64,000 nt of DNA, taken from an uncultured Clostridia bacterium (GTDB lineage: Bacteria; Bacillota; Clostridia; Oscillospirales; SIG627). The DNA lies in assembly GCA_947589595.1 (NCBI GenBank), contig CANQBV010000001.1, positions 810 through 64,809 of the forward strand, in the 5' to 3' direction. Both the position numbers and the translations under genes were made by a program. This document shows, one piece after another, positions 53,516 to 62,044 of this stretch. Within the stretch, counting starts at the first letter, position 1, and the number at the start of each line of letters is the position of its first letter. The notes below the pieces were generated by a model. The model saw only the letters and a list, made by a program, of their open reading frames with translations, did no database searches and was not told where the DNA came from.

Positions 53516-55918
53516 ATGAGTTACGACTTTAAATCAACAGAGAAAAAATGGCAGGATATTTGGGACGAAAAACAGACCTTCGCCGCCAAAGACGACTACA
53601 CCCTGCCGAAATTTTACGGTCTGGTAGAGTTTCCTTACCCGTCCGGGCAGGGACTGCACGTGGGGCATCCGCGTTCCTATACCGCGCTGGATATCGTGGC
53701 GCGCAAAAAGAGACTGCAGGGGTATAACGTTCTGTATCCCATGGGCTGGGATGCGTTTGGTCTGCCCACTGAAAATTACGCGATCAAAACGCATATCCAT
53801 CCCGCGGTGGTGACCGAGCAGAACGTTAAGCGTTTCAAATCGCAGTTAAAATCCCTCGGCTTTTCCTTTGACTGGTCGAGAGAGATCAATACCACCGATC
53901 CGGAATACTATAAATGGACGCAGTGGATCTTCCTGCAGCTTTTCAAGGAAGGGCTTGCCTATAAAAAGGAAATGGCGGTCAACTGGTGCACCTCCTGCAA
54001 GTGCGTTCTGGCCAACGAAGAAGTGGTCGGCGGCGTGTGCGAGCGCTGCGGCAGCGAAGTGGTGCGCAAAGTCAAAAGCCAGTGGATGCTGAAAATCACC
54101 GATTACGCGGAAAAGCTGCTCAAGGGCTTGGAGGATGTAGATTTCATCGAGCGCGTCAAGACGCAGCAGCGCAACTGGATCGGCCGTTCGACCGGCGCGC
54201 AGGTGAAGTTCCAAACCACCGCCGGCGATGAATTGCAGATCTATACCACCCGTCCCGATACGCTCTTCGGCGCGACCTACATGGTCATGGCGCCGGAGCA
54301 CGCACTGATTGAAAAATGGGCGGATCGCCTGGAAAACCTTGCCGAAGTCCGTGCCTACCAGGAAACCGCGGCGCACAAATCCGATTTCGAGCGCACCGAA
54401 GTCGCCAAGGACAAAACCGGCGTCCGGCTGCAGGGGGTAGAGGCGATCAATCCCGTCAACGGTGAAAAGATCCCGATCTTTATTTCCGACTACGTCCTTG
54501 CTTCCTACGGCACCGGCGCGATCATGGCGGTGCCGGCGCATGACGAAAGAGACTACGATTTCGCCAAGTTGTTCCATCTGCCGATCATCGAGGTGGTCAA
54601 GGGCGGCGATATCGAAAAAGAAGCCTTTACCGACTGTGCCACCGGCGTACTGGTCAATTCCGGGTTCCTTGACGGCATGAGCGTGGAAGAGGCCAAAAAG
54701 GCCATTCTCGCCTGGTTGGAAGAAAAAGGAATCGGCGAAAAGAAAGTCAACTATAAGCTTCGCGACTGGGTGTTTTCCCGTCAGCGCTATTGGGGAGAAC
54801 CGATCCCGATCGTACATTGCCCGCATTGCGGCGCCGTCCCGCTGCCGGAGGATCAGCTTCCTTTGGTGCTGCCGGACGTGGATTCCTACGAGCCGACCGA
54901 AAACGGGGAATCGCCTTTGGCGAATATGACGGATTGGGTCAATACCACCTGCCCGCACTGCGGCGCGCCTGCCAAGCGGGAGACCGATACCATGCCCCAG
55001 TGGGCGGGTTCCTCCTGGTATTTTATCCGCTATATCGATCCTCACAATCAGAACGCCATGGCCTCCGAAGAAGCCATGCGCTACTGGCTGCCGGTCGACT
55101 GGTACAACGGCGGCATGGAACATACCACGCTGCACCTTTTGTACAGCCGGTTCTGGCATAAATTCCTTTATGATATCGGCGCGGTCACCTCTCCCGAACC
55201 CTACGCCAAGCGTACCAGCCACGGCATGATCCTGGGGGAAAACGGCGAAAAAATGTCCAAATCCCGTGGAAACGTGGTCAACCCGGACGATATCGTGCGC
55301 GAATACGGCGCGGATACCATGCGCCTTTACGAAATGTTCATCGGCGATTTCGAAAAGGCCGCGCCCTGGAATTCTTCTTCCATCAAGGGCTGCAAGCGTT
55401 TTCTCGACCGCGTATGGGCGCTGCAGGGGGACTGCCGGAAAGGCGGGATCCGAGCGGAGCTGGAAAATTCGTTCCACAAAACCATTCGCAAAGTCACCGA
55501 GGATATTGAAAACCTCAAAATGAACACCGCGATTGCGGCGCTGATGGCGCTTCTCAATGAAATGACGGCTGCCGGCCCGATCACCGAGGAAGAGCTGCGT
55601 ATTTTCCTCTTGCTGCTCAATCCGTTTGCGCCCCATATCACGGAGGAAATGTGGGTGCAAATGCAGTTCGGCGGGATGCTGAACGAGGCTGCCTGGCCGC
55701 AGTACGAGGAAGCAAAATGCAAGGACGCGCAGGTGGAGATCGCCGTGCAGGTATGCGGCAAGGTTAAGGCCAAGCTGAACATCGCGCCCGACGAAGCCAA
55801 AGACTCGGTTCTGCAAAAAGCCAAGGAATTGCCGGCGATTGCCGCACTTCTGGAAGGCAAAACTCTTGTCAAGGAAATCTACGTTCCGGCAAAGCTTGTC
55901 AATCTCGTCGCCCGCTGA
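53516..55918 (+). CDS. leuS: leucine--tRNA ligase
   Basis: Start at ATG 53516 (the track ORF begins at TTG 53504). HIGH-type motif [17 protein letters not shown] motif [10 protein letters not shown]1 editing domain. Confidence 0.96.
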   Translation: MSYDFKSTEKKWQDIWDEKQTFAAKDDYTLPKFYGLVEFPYPSGQGLHVGHPRSYTALDIVARKKRLQGYNVLYPMGWDAFGLPTENYAIKTHIHPAVVTEQNVKRFKSQLKSLGFSFDWSREINTTDPEYYKWTQWIFLQLFKEGLAYKKEMAVNWCTSCKCVLANEEVVGGVCERCGSEVVRKVKSQWMLKITDYAEKLLKGLEDVDFIERVKTQQRNWIGRSTGAQVKFQTTAGDELQIYTTRPDTLFGATYMVMAPEHALIEKWADRLENLAEVRAYQETAAHKSDFERTEVAKDKTGVRLQGVEAINPVNGEKIPIFISDYVLASYGTGAIMAVPAHDERDYDFAKLFHLPIIEVVKGGDIEKEAFTDCATGVLVNSGFLDGMSVEEAKKAILAWLEEKGIGEKKVNYKLRDWVFSRQRYWGEPIPIVHCPHCGAVPLPEDQLPLVLPDVDSYEPTENGESPLANMTDWVNTTCPHCGAPAKRETDTMPQWAGSSWYFIRYIDPHNQNAMASEEAMRYWLPVDWYNGGMEHTTLHLLYSRFWHKFLYDIGAVTSPEPYAKRTSHGMILGENGEKMSKSRGNVVNPDDIVREYGADTMRLYEMFIGDFEKAAPWNSSSIKGCKRFLDRVWALQGDCRKGGIRAELENSFHKTIRKVTEDIENLKMNTAIAALMALLNEMTAAGPITEEELRIFLLLLNPFAPHITEEMWVQMQFGGMLNEAAWPQYEEAKCKDAQVEIAVQVCGKVKAKLNIAPDEAKDSVLQKAKELPAIAALLEGKTLVKEIYVPAKLVNLVAR

Positions 55919-55926
55919 AATAAAAA

Positions 55927-55999
55927 GGAGCCGCAGCTTGCCCAAGTGTGTCGAAAGCACACTTGGGCAGGTTGCTTTCGGATTCTGCGGCTCCTTTCG
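55927..55999 (+). terminator. nested double-stem structure after leuS (probable terminator, weak T-run)
   Basis: Outer stem GGAGCCGCAG (55927-55936) / CTGCGGCTCC (55985-55994). Inner stem GCCCAAGTGTG (55940-55950) / CACACTTGGGC (55958-55968). Followed by TTTCGT. Confidence 0.5.
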
Positions 56000-56064
56000 T
56001 ATCCTTCAAAATAGGGCAGAATTTGTCGTAAAACAAAGAAATTCCAACTTTTTGCGAAAACAAC

Positions 56065-56093
56065 TTGACATTTCCATCTTGTTTCGATATAAT
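56065..56093 (+). promoter_or_regulatory. consensus sigma-70 promoter of rpsU
   Basis: TTGACA (56065-56070), 17-nt spacer, TATAAT (56088-56093). Confidence 0.65.
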
Positions 56094-56157
56094 AATAGGC
56101 AGTCGTGAAGACTTGTTGGTTTTTATCTCTTCGCTAAGTGCAAAGGGAGGGAAAAAG

Positions 56158-56334
56158 ATGGCAGAAGTTAGAGTTAAAGAAAACGAATCACTCGACAGTG
56201 CTATTCGCAGATTTAAACGCCAGTGCGCCAGAAGCGGCGTATTAAGCGAACTTCGTAAGCGTGAATGCTATGAAAAGCCCAGCGTAAAACGCAAAAAGAA
56301 GTCTGAAGCTGCAAGAAAACGCAAGTACAAATAA
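56158..56334 (+). CDS. rpsU: 30S ribosomal protein S21
   Basis: 58 aa: [68 protein letters not shown] upstream. The track ORF from 56065 is over-extended. Confidence 0.93.
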   Translation: MAEVRVKENESLDSAIRRFKRQCARSGVLSELRKRECYEKPSVKRKKKSEAARKRKYK

Positions 56335-56394
56335 GTTTGCGGAGTAGCAAAAATAGCGGCCCAGCCGCAGGCTTGCCAAAAGGCAGGATAGTAT

Positions 56395-56434
56395 GCCAAT
56401 TCCGACCGCGGTTTGCGGTGGGAATTGGCTTTTG
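56395..56434 (+). terminator. rho-independent terminator after rpsU
   Basis: Stem GCCAATTCC (56395-56403) / GGAATTGGC (56421-56429), with inner stem ACCGC/GCGGT, followed by TTTT. Confidence 0.8.
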
Positions 56435-56466
56435 TATATGTTCAATTTTTTATGAGGAGAAGAAGT

Positions 56467-57546
56467 ATGGAAAAAGTCAGAGCCGGTATTGTCGGCGCCA
56501 CAGGCATGGTGGGACAGCGCCTGATCACGCTGCTTGCCGATCACCCGTATTTTGAAATCGTCGGGCTTTACGCCAGCGCCCGCAGCGCCGGAAAAAGCTA
56601 TGCGGAAGCGGTAGAAGGCCGTTGGAAAATGCAGAGCGCCTGCCCGGAAGCTATTTTGAAAATGCCGCTGGAGGACGCCGCGAAAATCGACGCGATCGCA
56701 GATGCGTGCGAGATGGTTTTCTGTGCGGTCAATATGCCCAAAGAAGAAACCCGCCTCTATGAAGAGGCGCTTGCCAAGGCGGAGATCCCCGTGGTATCGT
56801 GCAATTCCGCAAACCGCATGGCGGCGGACGTTCCCATGATGATTCCGGAAATCAATCCCGACCACGTCAAGCTCATCGATTTGCAGAAAAAGCGCCTCGG
56901 CACCCGGCGCGGCTTTATCGCGTCCAAGCCGAACTGCTCCATTCAGAGCTATGTGCCGCTTCTGCACCCGCTGATGGAGTTTGACCCGCAGGAAGTGATC
57001 GTCACGACCTACCAGGCCATTTCCGGCGCCGGAAAAACCTTTAAGGAGTGGCCGGAAATGCTCGATAATATTATTCCCAATATTTCCGGCGAGGAAGAAA
57101 AGAGCGAGCAGGAACCCTTGAAAATCTGGGGTACGATCGGAGAAAACGGTGTGGAAAAGAATCAGAAGATCCACATTTCCGCCCAGTGCCTGCGCGTGCC
57201 CTGCAGCGATGGCCACATGGCGGCGATTTTCGTGCGTTTCGGCAAAAAGCCCATGAAAGAGCAAATTCTGCAAAAGTGGAAAGAGTACCGCGCTCTGCCG
57301 CAGGAATTGGAACTGCCCAGTGCGCCGAAGCAGTTTATCACCTATTTTGAAGATGAAAATCGCCCTCAGACCGGGGTGGACCGCATGACCGAAAACGGCA
57401 TGGGCATTTGTGCCGGCAGACTGCGCGAGGACTCGGTTTACGACTATAAATTTGTGGGTCTTTCACATAATACGCTGCGCGGCGCCGCCGGCGGTGCTGT
57501 GGAAATGGCGGAGCTTCTTTGCCGTTTGGGGTATTTTGCAAAATGA
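56467..57546 (+). CDS. asd: aspartate-semialdehyde dehydrogenase
   Basis: Start at ATG 56467 (MEKVRAGIVGATGMVGQR; RBS GAGGAGAAG). Catalytic Cys context KPNCSIQ. 359 aa. Confidence 0.9.
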   Translation: MEKVRAGIVGATGMVGQRLITLLADHPYFEIVGLYASARSAGKSYAEAVEGRWKMQSACPEAILKMPLEDAAKIDAIADACEMVFCAVNMPKEETRLYEEALAKAEIPVVSCNSANRMAADVPMMIPEINPDHVKLIDLQKKRLGTRRGFIASKPNCSIQSYVPLLHPLMEFDPQEVIVTTYQAISGAGKTFKEWPEMLDNIIPNISGEEEKSEQEPLKIWGTIGENGVEKNQKIHISAQCLRVPCSDGHMAAIFVRFGKKPMKEQILQKWKEYRALPQELELPSAPKQFITYFEDENRPQTGVDRMTENGMGICAGRLREDSVYDYKFVGLSHNTLRGAAGGAVEMAELLCRLGYFAK

Positions 57547-58784
57547 CGGCTCCCCTGGCGGAGCGGATGCGCCCGAAAGATCTTTCGGAAGTCTGCGGAC
57601 AGCAGCACATTTTGGGAGAAAACGCACCGCTTTCCAAATTGCTGGCAGCCGGGAAGATCACCAATATGATCTTCTATGGCGTCAGCGGCGTCGGGAAAAC
57701 CACGGTCGCCAATATCATTGCCGAAAAAGCGGGGATGACCTTTCGCCGCTTAAACGCGACCAATGCCGCAGGAAAGGACCTGAAGGAGGTTCTGGAGGAA
57801 ACCGGCGGGATCGAGGGCATTGGCGGGATTCTTTTATACTTGGACGAAATTCAATATTTAAACAAAAAGCAGCAACAAACGCTTTTGGAATATATTGAAG
57901 ACGGCCGCATCACGCTGATCGCCTCCACCACCGAAAACCCCTATTTCTATGTCTATAAAGCCATCCTTTCCCGCTGCGCGGTGTTTGAATTCAAGCCGAT
58001 CCCCAAAGAAGAGATCCGCAAAAACCTTTTGCGGGGACTGGAATTTTTGAACCGTGAAACGGGGCAGGAAAAAAGCATTTCCGAAGAAGCGCTGGACGTC
58101 ATTTCCTCCTACTGCGGCGGCGATGCGCGCAGCAGCCTGAATTCACTGGAAATCTGTTACTACATTTCCGACAGTGAAATTACCGAGGAAACGGCGCTGC
58201 AAAGCGCGCAGAAGACCTATCTTTCCTACGATCGCTCCGGCGACGACAAATACGAGCTTTTGTCCGCTCTGCAAAAATCCATTCGCGGCAGCGATGAAAA
58301 CGCCGCAGTGTTTTATTTAGCAAGGCTGCTCGACGCCGGGGACTTGGCGGGTGCGTGCCGCCGGATGTTGGTGATCGCCGCCGAGGATATCGGTCTGGCG
58401 CATCCGCAGGCGATCGCCGTGGTTAAGGCCTGCGTGGACAGCGCGCTGATGCTGGGAATGCCCGAAGCGCGCATTCCGCTGGCGGAGGCCGCCGTTTTTC
58501 TGGCAACCTTACCCAAATCCAATACCGCGTATCTTGCGATCGGCGCGGCCATGGAGGATATTGCGCAGGGGAAAGGCAAGGATATGCCCTCGTACCTGAA
58601 AAACAACCACTATTTCGGTGTGGGTGAAACGAAAGGCAACTACCTCTATCCGCACGATTTCCCCTACGATTGGGTGAAGCAGCAGTACCTGCCGGACGAC
58701 TTAAAGGACCGCACCTATTACCGCTTCGGCGAAAACAAAACCGAGCAGGCCGCCAAAGCCTACTGGGAAAAAATCAAAAAATAA
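57543..58784 (+). CDS. rarA: replication-associated recombination protein A (RarA/MgsA AAA+ ATPase)
   Basis: Start at ATG 57543, an ATGA overlap with the asd stop. Motifs MRPKDLSEVCGQQHILG, Walker A GVSGVGKTT, LYLDEIQYLNKKQQ, and the MgsA C-terminal domain (LSALQKSIRGSD). Confidence 0.92.
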   Translation: MTAPLAERMRPKDLSEVCGQQHILGENAPLSKLLAAGKITNMIFYGVSGVGKTTVANIIAEKAGMTFRRLNATNAAGKDLKEVLEETGGIEGIGGILLYLDEIQYLNKKQQQTLLEYIEDGRITLIASTTENPYFYVYKAILSRCAVFEFKPIPKEEIRKNLLRGLEFLNRETGQEKSISEEALDVISSYCGGDARSSLNSLEICYYISDSEITEETALQSAQKTYLSYDRSGDDKYELLSALQKSIRGSDENAAVFYLARLLDAGDLAGACRRMLVIAAEDIGLAHPQAIAVVKACVDSALMLGMPEARIPLAEAAVFLATLPKSNTAYLAIGAAMEDIAQGKGKDMPSYLKNNHYFGVGETKGNYLYPHDFPYDWVKQQYLPDDLKDRTYYRFGENKTEQAAKAYWEKIKK

Positions 58785-58838
58785 AGATTTCCTGAATCCT
58801 TTTATAAAAGGGTTCAAGCTCCTGAAATTTTCAAACAA

Positions 58839-58866
58839 GAAGAGGCTGTTTCAGCCTCTTCTTTCT
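58839..58866 (+). terminator. rho-independent terminator after rarA
   Basis: 10-bp stem GAAGAGGCTG (58839-58848) / CAGCCTCTTC (58852-58861) followed by TTTCT. Confidence 0.65.
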
Positions 58867-58947
58867 GAATCCATCCCGCGCGATTCCGGCGCCAACTTTT
58901 TCGGAAGAAAATCGCGAATTTTTTCGCGTAAAAGTGCAGTTTTGCTC

Positions 58948-58976
58948 TTGACAAATTTTTCTTTCTATGATATGAT
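58948..58976 (+). promoter_or_regulatory. candidate promoter of the rpsF-ssb-rpsR operon
   Basis: TTGACA (58948-58953), 17-nt spacer, TATGAT (58971-58976). Confidence 0.55.
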
Positions 58977-59065
58977 TCTTTGATGTATCACGGTAAATAA
59001 TAAGATGCCGTGCTTCTTGTCTCTTTCTTTGAAAAGAGGCCGTATGTCCAAAAGGAGGTAAAGAA
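58977..59065 (+). promoter_or_regulatory. structured 5' leader of rpsF (possible S6:S18 autoregulatory leader)
   Basis: About 90-nt UTR with hairpin CACGG...CCGTG (58990-59013) and CTCTT...AAGAG near the RBS. Assignment rests on position and analogy only; I did not verify it against a motif. Confidence 0.3.
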
Positions 59066-59362
59066 ATGGAAAAGTTGAAAGGCAATTATGAAACCGTCTT
59101 CATCGTCAACGCAGAGCTCGGTGAAGAAAAGGTTCAGGAGCTTGTCGCCAAATTCAAAGGGATGATCGAAGCCAACGCCACGGTCACCAATTTGGATGAA
59201 TGGGGCAAGAGAAGACTTGCTTATCCGATCGAAGACGTGAACGACGGCTACTATGTCGTGATGCAGTACACGTCCGACCGCGATTTCCCCGTGGAACTGG
59301 AAAGAGTCTTCAACATCACCGAAGGCATTCTTCGTTCCCTCACCGTAAAAGTAGAAGAGTAA
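59066..59362 (+). CDS. rpsF: 30S ribosomal protein S6
   Basis: 98 aa, beginning MEKLKGNYETVFIV, with WGKRRLAYPI; typical S6. Confidence 0.95.
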   Translation: MEKLKGNYETVFIVNAELGEEKVQELVAKFKGMIEANATVTNLDEWGKRRLAYPIEDVNDGYYVVMQYTSDRDFPVELERVFNITEGILRSLTVKVEE

Positions 59363-59377
59363 GAGGGAGGACAAGCC

Positions 59378-59818
59378 ATGCCGTCTTTTAATAAGGTCAT
59401 TCTGATCGGAAACCTCACCGCCGACCCCGAACTGAGACAAACGCAGAATGGAATTTCCGTGACTTCGTTTTCCATCGGTGTTTCCCGCAACTATACTTCC
59501 CGCAACGCGGAAAACGGCCAGCCGCAGTCTGATTTCTTCAATATCGTGGCATGGCGAAGCACGGCGGAATTTGTTTCCAAGTATTTTCACAAGGGCAGCG
59601 CGATTCTGGTTTGCGGTTCTCTGCAGAACCGGAGCTGGACGGATCAGAACGGTCAGAAGCGCTACGCGACCGATATTGTGGCCGATGAAGTGCGCTTCGT
59701 AGACAAAAAGAGCGACGGTGCGCCCACGACCGCCGCTGCCGCGCCCGCACCGTACGGCGCCAATCCGAAGGACGTTGCTTTCGAAGAAATGAGCACGGAC
59801 GACGACCTTCCCTTTTAA
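59378..59818 (+). CDS. ssb: single-stranded DNA-binding protein
   Basis: 146 aa. OB fold beginning NKVILIGNLTADPELRQT and an acidic C-terminal tip DDDLPF. Confidence 0.95.
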   Translation: MPSFNKVILIGNLTADPELRQTQNGISVTSFSIGVSRNYTSRNAENGQPQSDFFNIVAWRSTAEFVSKYFHKGSAILVCGSLQNRSWTDQNGQKRYATDIVADEVRFVDKKSDGAPTTAAAAPAPYGANPKDVAFEEMSTDDDLPF

Positions 59819-59843
59819 AATTTGAATTTGGAGGATAAAGTTC

Positions 59844-60083
59844 ATGGATAAAGAACAAAAGGCTTTCAGACCGAAAAGAAAGAAAAAAGTATGCGCTTTC
59901 TGCGCTGAAAAAGTAAACGTGATCGATTATAAGGACGCCGCGAAGCTGCGCAAGTTCGTTTCCGAGCGCTCCAAAATCCTGCCCAGAAGAATCACCGGGA
60001 CCTGCGCCAAGCACCAGAGAGAACTCACCACCGCGATCAAGCGCGCCCGTCAGATTGCCGTATTGCCTTACATCAGCGACTAA
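59844..60083 (+). CDS. rpsR: 30S ribosomal protein S18
   Basis: 79 aa with typical S18 sequence: [32 protein letters not shown]. Confidence 0.95.
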   Translation: MDKEQKAFRPKRKKKVCAFCAEKVNVIDYKDAAKLRKFVSERSKILPRRITGTCAKHQRELTTAIKRARQIAVLPYISD

Positions 60084-60107
60084 ACTGCATGAAGGAGTAA
60101 AAGAAAG

Positions 60108-60533
60108 ATGTTAACAACCATTCTTTGTGTCATCATGGTTATTATGGCCGTATTTCTGGTAGTCGCCGTTTTGATGCAGAGCGGAAAAGAAGAGGGCCTT
60201 TCCGGCGCCATTTCCGGCAGTGCCGATACCTTTTTCGGCAAAACCAAAGGCAAAACCCTCGACCGGGTTTTATCCAGAGTCACCACGGTCGTTTCCATTA
60301 TTTTTGCGGTGCTGGTTTTGGTTGTCTACGTTTTGCAGGCAAGCGAAAGCAACAACACGGTTTCCGGCAACAGCTCGAACCCTTCCGGTTCTTCCGGCAG
60401 CAATGCGCAGACCGAAGAAGTCGTAACCACGGAAGAAGAAAAAGCCCCCACTGAAACCGAAGAAGAGGTAAACGAGACGGAAGATTCTGCCGAAACCACG
60501 GAACAAACGGATAATGAAACCGAAGAAAACTGA
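60108..60533 (+). CDS. secG: preprotein translocase subunit SecG with a ~65-aa Ser/Thr/Glu-rich acidic C-terminal extension
   Basis: Two TM helices flank the SecG-like loop LMQSGKEEGLSGAISGSADTFFGK. The tail runs NNTVSGNSSNPSGSSGSNAQTEE...TEEN. Confidence 0.8.
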   Translation: MLTTILCVIMVIMAVFLVVAVLMQSGKEEGLSGAISGSADTFFGKTKGKTLDRVLSRVTTVVSIIFAVLVLVVYVLQASESNNTVSGNSSNPSGSSGSNAQTEEVVTTEEEKAPTETEEEVNETEDSAETTEQTDNETEEN

Positions 60534-60575
60534 TTCAAAATCTTGGCGCTTTGGCGCAATTTGGAGGTAAAGAAA

Positions 60576-60761
60576 ATGGCAAAGTGTGAAATTTGCGGGA
60601 AGGGCGTAACTTTCGGTCAGAGAGTTTCCCATTCTCATAGAAGAACCAACCATGCTTGGAAACCCAACGTAAAGAAGGTCAGAGCCGTTGTCAACGGCAC
60701 CCACACCAGAGTTTACGTTTGCGCACATTGTCTGCGCTCCGGCAAAGTGGAACGCGTCTAA
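60576..60761 (+). CDS. rpmB: 50S ribosomal protein L28
   Basis: 61 aa: MAKCEICGKGVTFGQRVSHSHRRTNHAWKPNVKKVRAVVNG... RBS GGAGG upstream. The track ORF from TTG 60543 is over-extended. Confidence 0.93.
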   Translation: MAKCEICGKGVTFGQRVSHSHRRTNHAWKPNVKKVRAVVNGTHTRVYVCAHCLRSGKVERV

Positions 60762-60767
60762 AGGAAA

Positions 60768-60793
60768 AGAGCCTGTTTTCAGGCTCTTTTTTT
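60768..60793 (+). terminator. rho-independent terminator after rpmB
   Basis: Stem AGAGCCTG (60768-60775) / CAGGCTCT (60780-60787) with loop TTTT, followed by T7. Confidence 0.9.
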
Positions 60794-60802
60794 GTGCTGT
60801 AT

Positions 60803-60844
60803 AGCCGGGGCCGTCTCGAAAGAGCGGCTCCGGCTTGGTTTTTT
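60803..60844 (+). terminator. second tandem terminator hairpin with a GAAA tetraloop
   Basis: AGCCGGGGCCGTCTC GAAA GAGCGGCTCCGGCT followed by TGGTTTTTT. Confidence 0.7.
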
Positions 60845-60937
60845 ATGCGGAAGTACAAAATCAAAATTCCCATATTTTTTCAATGTCGAATCCATAGAAA
60901 AAAAAGGAAAAAAAGCAAGAATAATTTGTGAACAACA

Positions 60938-60967
60938 ATTGACAAAAAATAAAGCAAAGGGTATACT
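60938..60967 (+). promoter_or_regulatory. candidate promoter of the zinc-ribbon membrane protein gene
   Basis: TTGACA (60938-60943), 18-nt spacer, TATACT (60962-60967). Confidence 0.45.
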
Positions 60968-61084
60968 GGTCATGGAGATTTTGTTTTGGAAAATCTCAAA
61001 AAACAAGAGCCCTTTCCCACTTTTGCGGAGCGGTTTTTTCGGTAATCTAACACTTCGGTGTTTATATTTAAGGAGGACTTTTTT

Positions 61085-62008
61085 ATGTTTTGCAAGAATT
61101 GCGGAAAACAACTGGCAGAGGGCACAAAGTTTTGTGACGGGTGCGGTGCGCCGATAGAAAGTGCGCCCGCGCAGCAGCCCGCACAGCAAGGGTTTGCGCC
61201 CGCGCAGCAGCCCGCACAGCAAGGGTTTGCACCCGCGCAGCAGCCTGTACCGGCGGCTCCGAATCCCATGTTCACAAATTTTGCCGCGGCGATCAAAGGA
61301 TTTTTCTCTCCACAGGTCGTCAAAGCAATGGGCGTTGCTGCCAAGAGCAAAACGCTTGAGTGGATCTTTTTTGTTATTGCTTCGGTACTCAGCTTTGCCC
61401 TGTCTGCGACGATCGATATCCGACATATGCTGTCTTCGCTTTTGCCGGACTTTGCCGGCGCGTCCACGGTGGTCAACTATCTTCTGCCGTTTTTCTCCCT
61501 TTTCGGGATCAATCTGCTGATCGGCCTTTTGACCTACGTTGCCGTTGCGTGCGGTATCTGGGTCGTTACCGCTTGTGTGTATAAAAAGCAAGTGGCTTTC
61601 TTTGCTGTGCTCAACATGGTGGGCTTTGCGTCCATCCCGCTGACGCTGGTATCGATTGTGAATATGGTGGCCGGACTTTGGCTCCCGCTCGGGATCGTTC
61701 TGTTTATCGCCGGCGTTATTATGAGCTGCGTGTTGCTTTACATTGGAATCCAGAAGCTGGAAAAGCTGGACAAAACGCCTTTCTTTTCCTATAGTATTGT
61801 GATGCTGATCGTTGTGGTCGTGGCATTGCTGGCAACTTTCCTGCTTTATAAAGCGATGATCAGCAGTGTGATCTCCGGTTTGCTTTCTGACGTCGGCGGC
61901 CTGCTCGGCGGTTCCAACGGCCTTGACAGTCTGCTTGGCGGTTCCAATGGCCTTGGCAGTCTGTTTGGCGGTTCCGGCGGTTTGGGGAACCTCAGCAGCC
62001 TGTTCTGA
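61085..62008 (+). CDS. zinc-ribbon / Yip1-like polytopic membrane protein with Gln/Pro-rich and Gly/Ser/Leu-rich repeats
   Basis: Start at ATG 61085 (RBS AAGGAGG). N-terminal CKNCG...CDGCG zinc ribbon; (A)PAQQPAQQGFAPAQQ repeat; about five TM helices; C-terminal LLGGSNGLDSLLGGSNGLGSLFGGSGGLGNL. Confidence 0.7.
   Translation: MFCKNCGKQLAEGTKFCDGCGAPIESAPAQQPAQQGFAPAQQPAQQGFAPAQQPVPAAPNPMFTNFAAAIKGFFSPQVVKAMGVAAKSKTLEWIFFVIASVLSFALSATIDIRHMLSSLLPDFAGASTVVNYLLPFFSLFGINLLIGLLTYVAVACGIWVVTACVYKKQVAFFAVLNMVGFASIPLTLVSIVNMVAGLWLPLGIVLFIAGVIMSCVLLYIGIQKLEKLDKTPFFSYSIVMLIVVVVALLATFLLYKAMISSVISGLLSDVGGLLGGSNGLDSLLGGSNGLGSLFGGSGGLGNLSSLF
61163..61245 (+). repeat. in-frame 33-bp tandem repeat (2.5 copies)
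   Basis: GCGCCCGCGCAGCAGCCCGCACAGCAAGGGTTT occurs at 61163-61195 and identically at 61196-61228, followed by a partial variant copy at 61229-61245. Confidence 0.85.
61901..61990 (+). repeat. in-frame 30-bp tandem repeat (3 degenerate copies)
   Basis: CTGCTCGGCGGTTCCAACGGCCTTGACAGT, CTGCTTGGCGGTTCCAATGGCCTTGGCAGT and CTGTTTGGCGGTTCCGGCGGTTTGGGGAAC. Confidence 0.8.
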
Positions 62009-62044
62009 TCGTAACATTTCGGATTCGAAAGGAGCTTTTCAGCT

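Noticed and set aside
61163-61245. CRISPR-like or minisatellite interpretation of the 33-bp and 30-bp tandem repeats (also 61901-61990).
   Set aside because: The repeats are contiguous with no spacers, in frame inside a well-supported CDS, and encode peptide repeats. There are no cas genes in the window.
60779-62017. 412-aa minus-strand ORF covering the rpmB terminators and the zinc-ribbon membrane protein gene.
   Set aside because: It is antisense to a + strand gene that has a clear RBS, zinc ribbon and TM helices. It runs through two strong + strand terminators, and its translation is Arg/Lys/Gln-rich low complexity.
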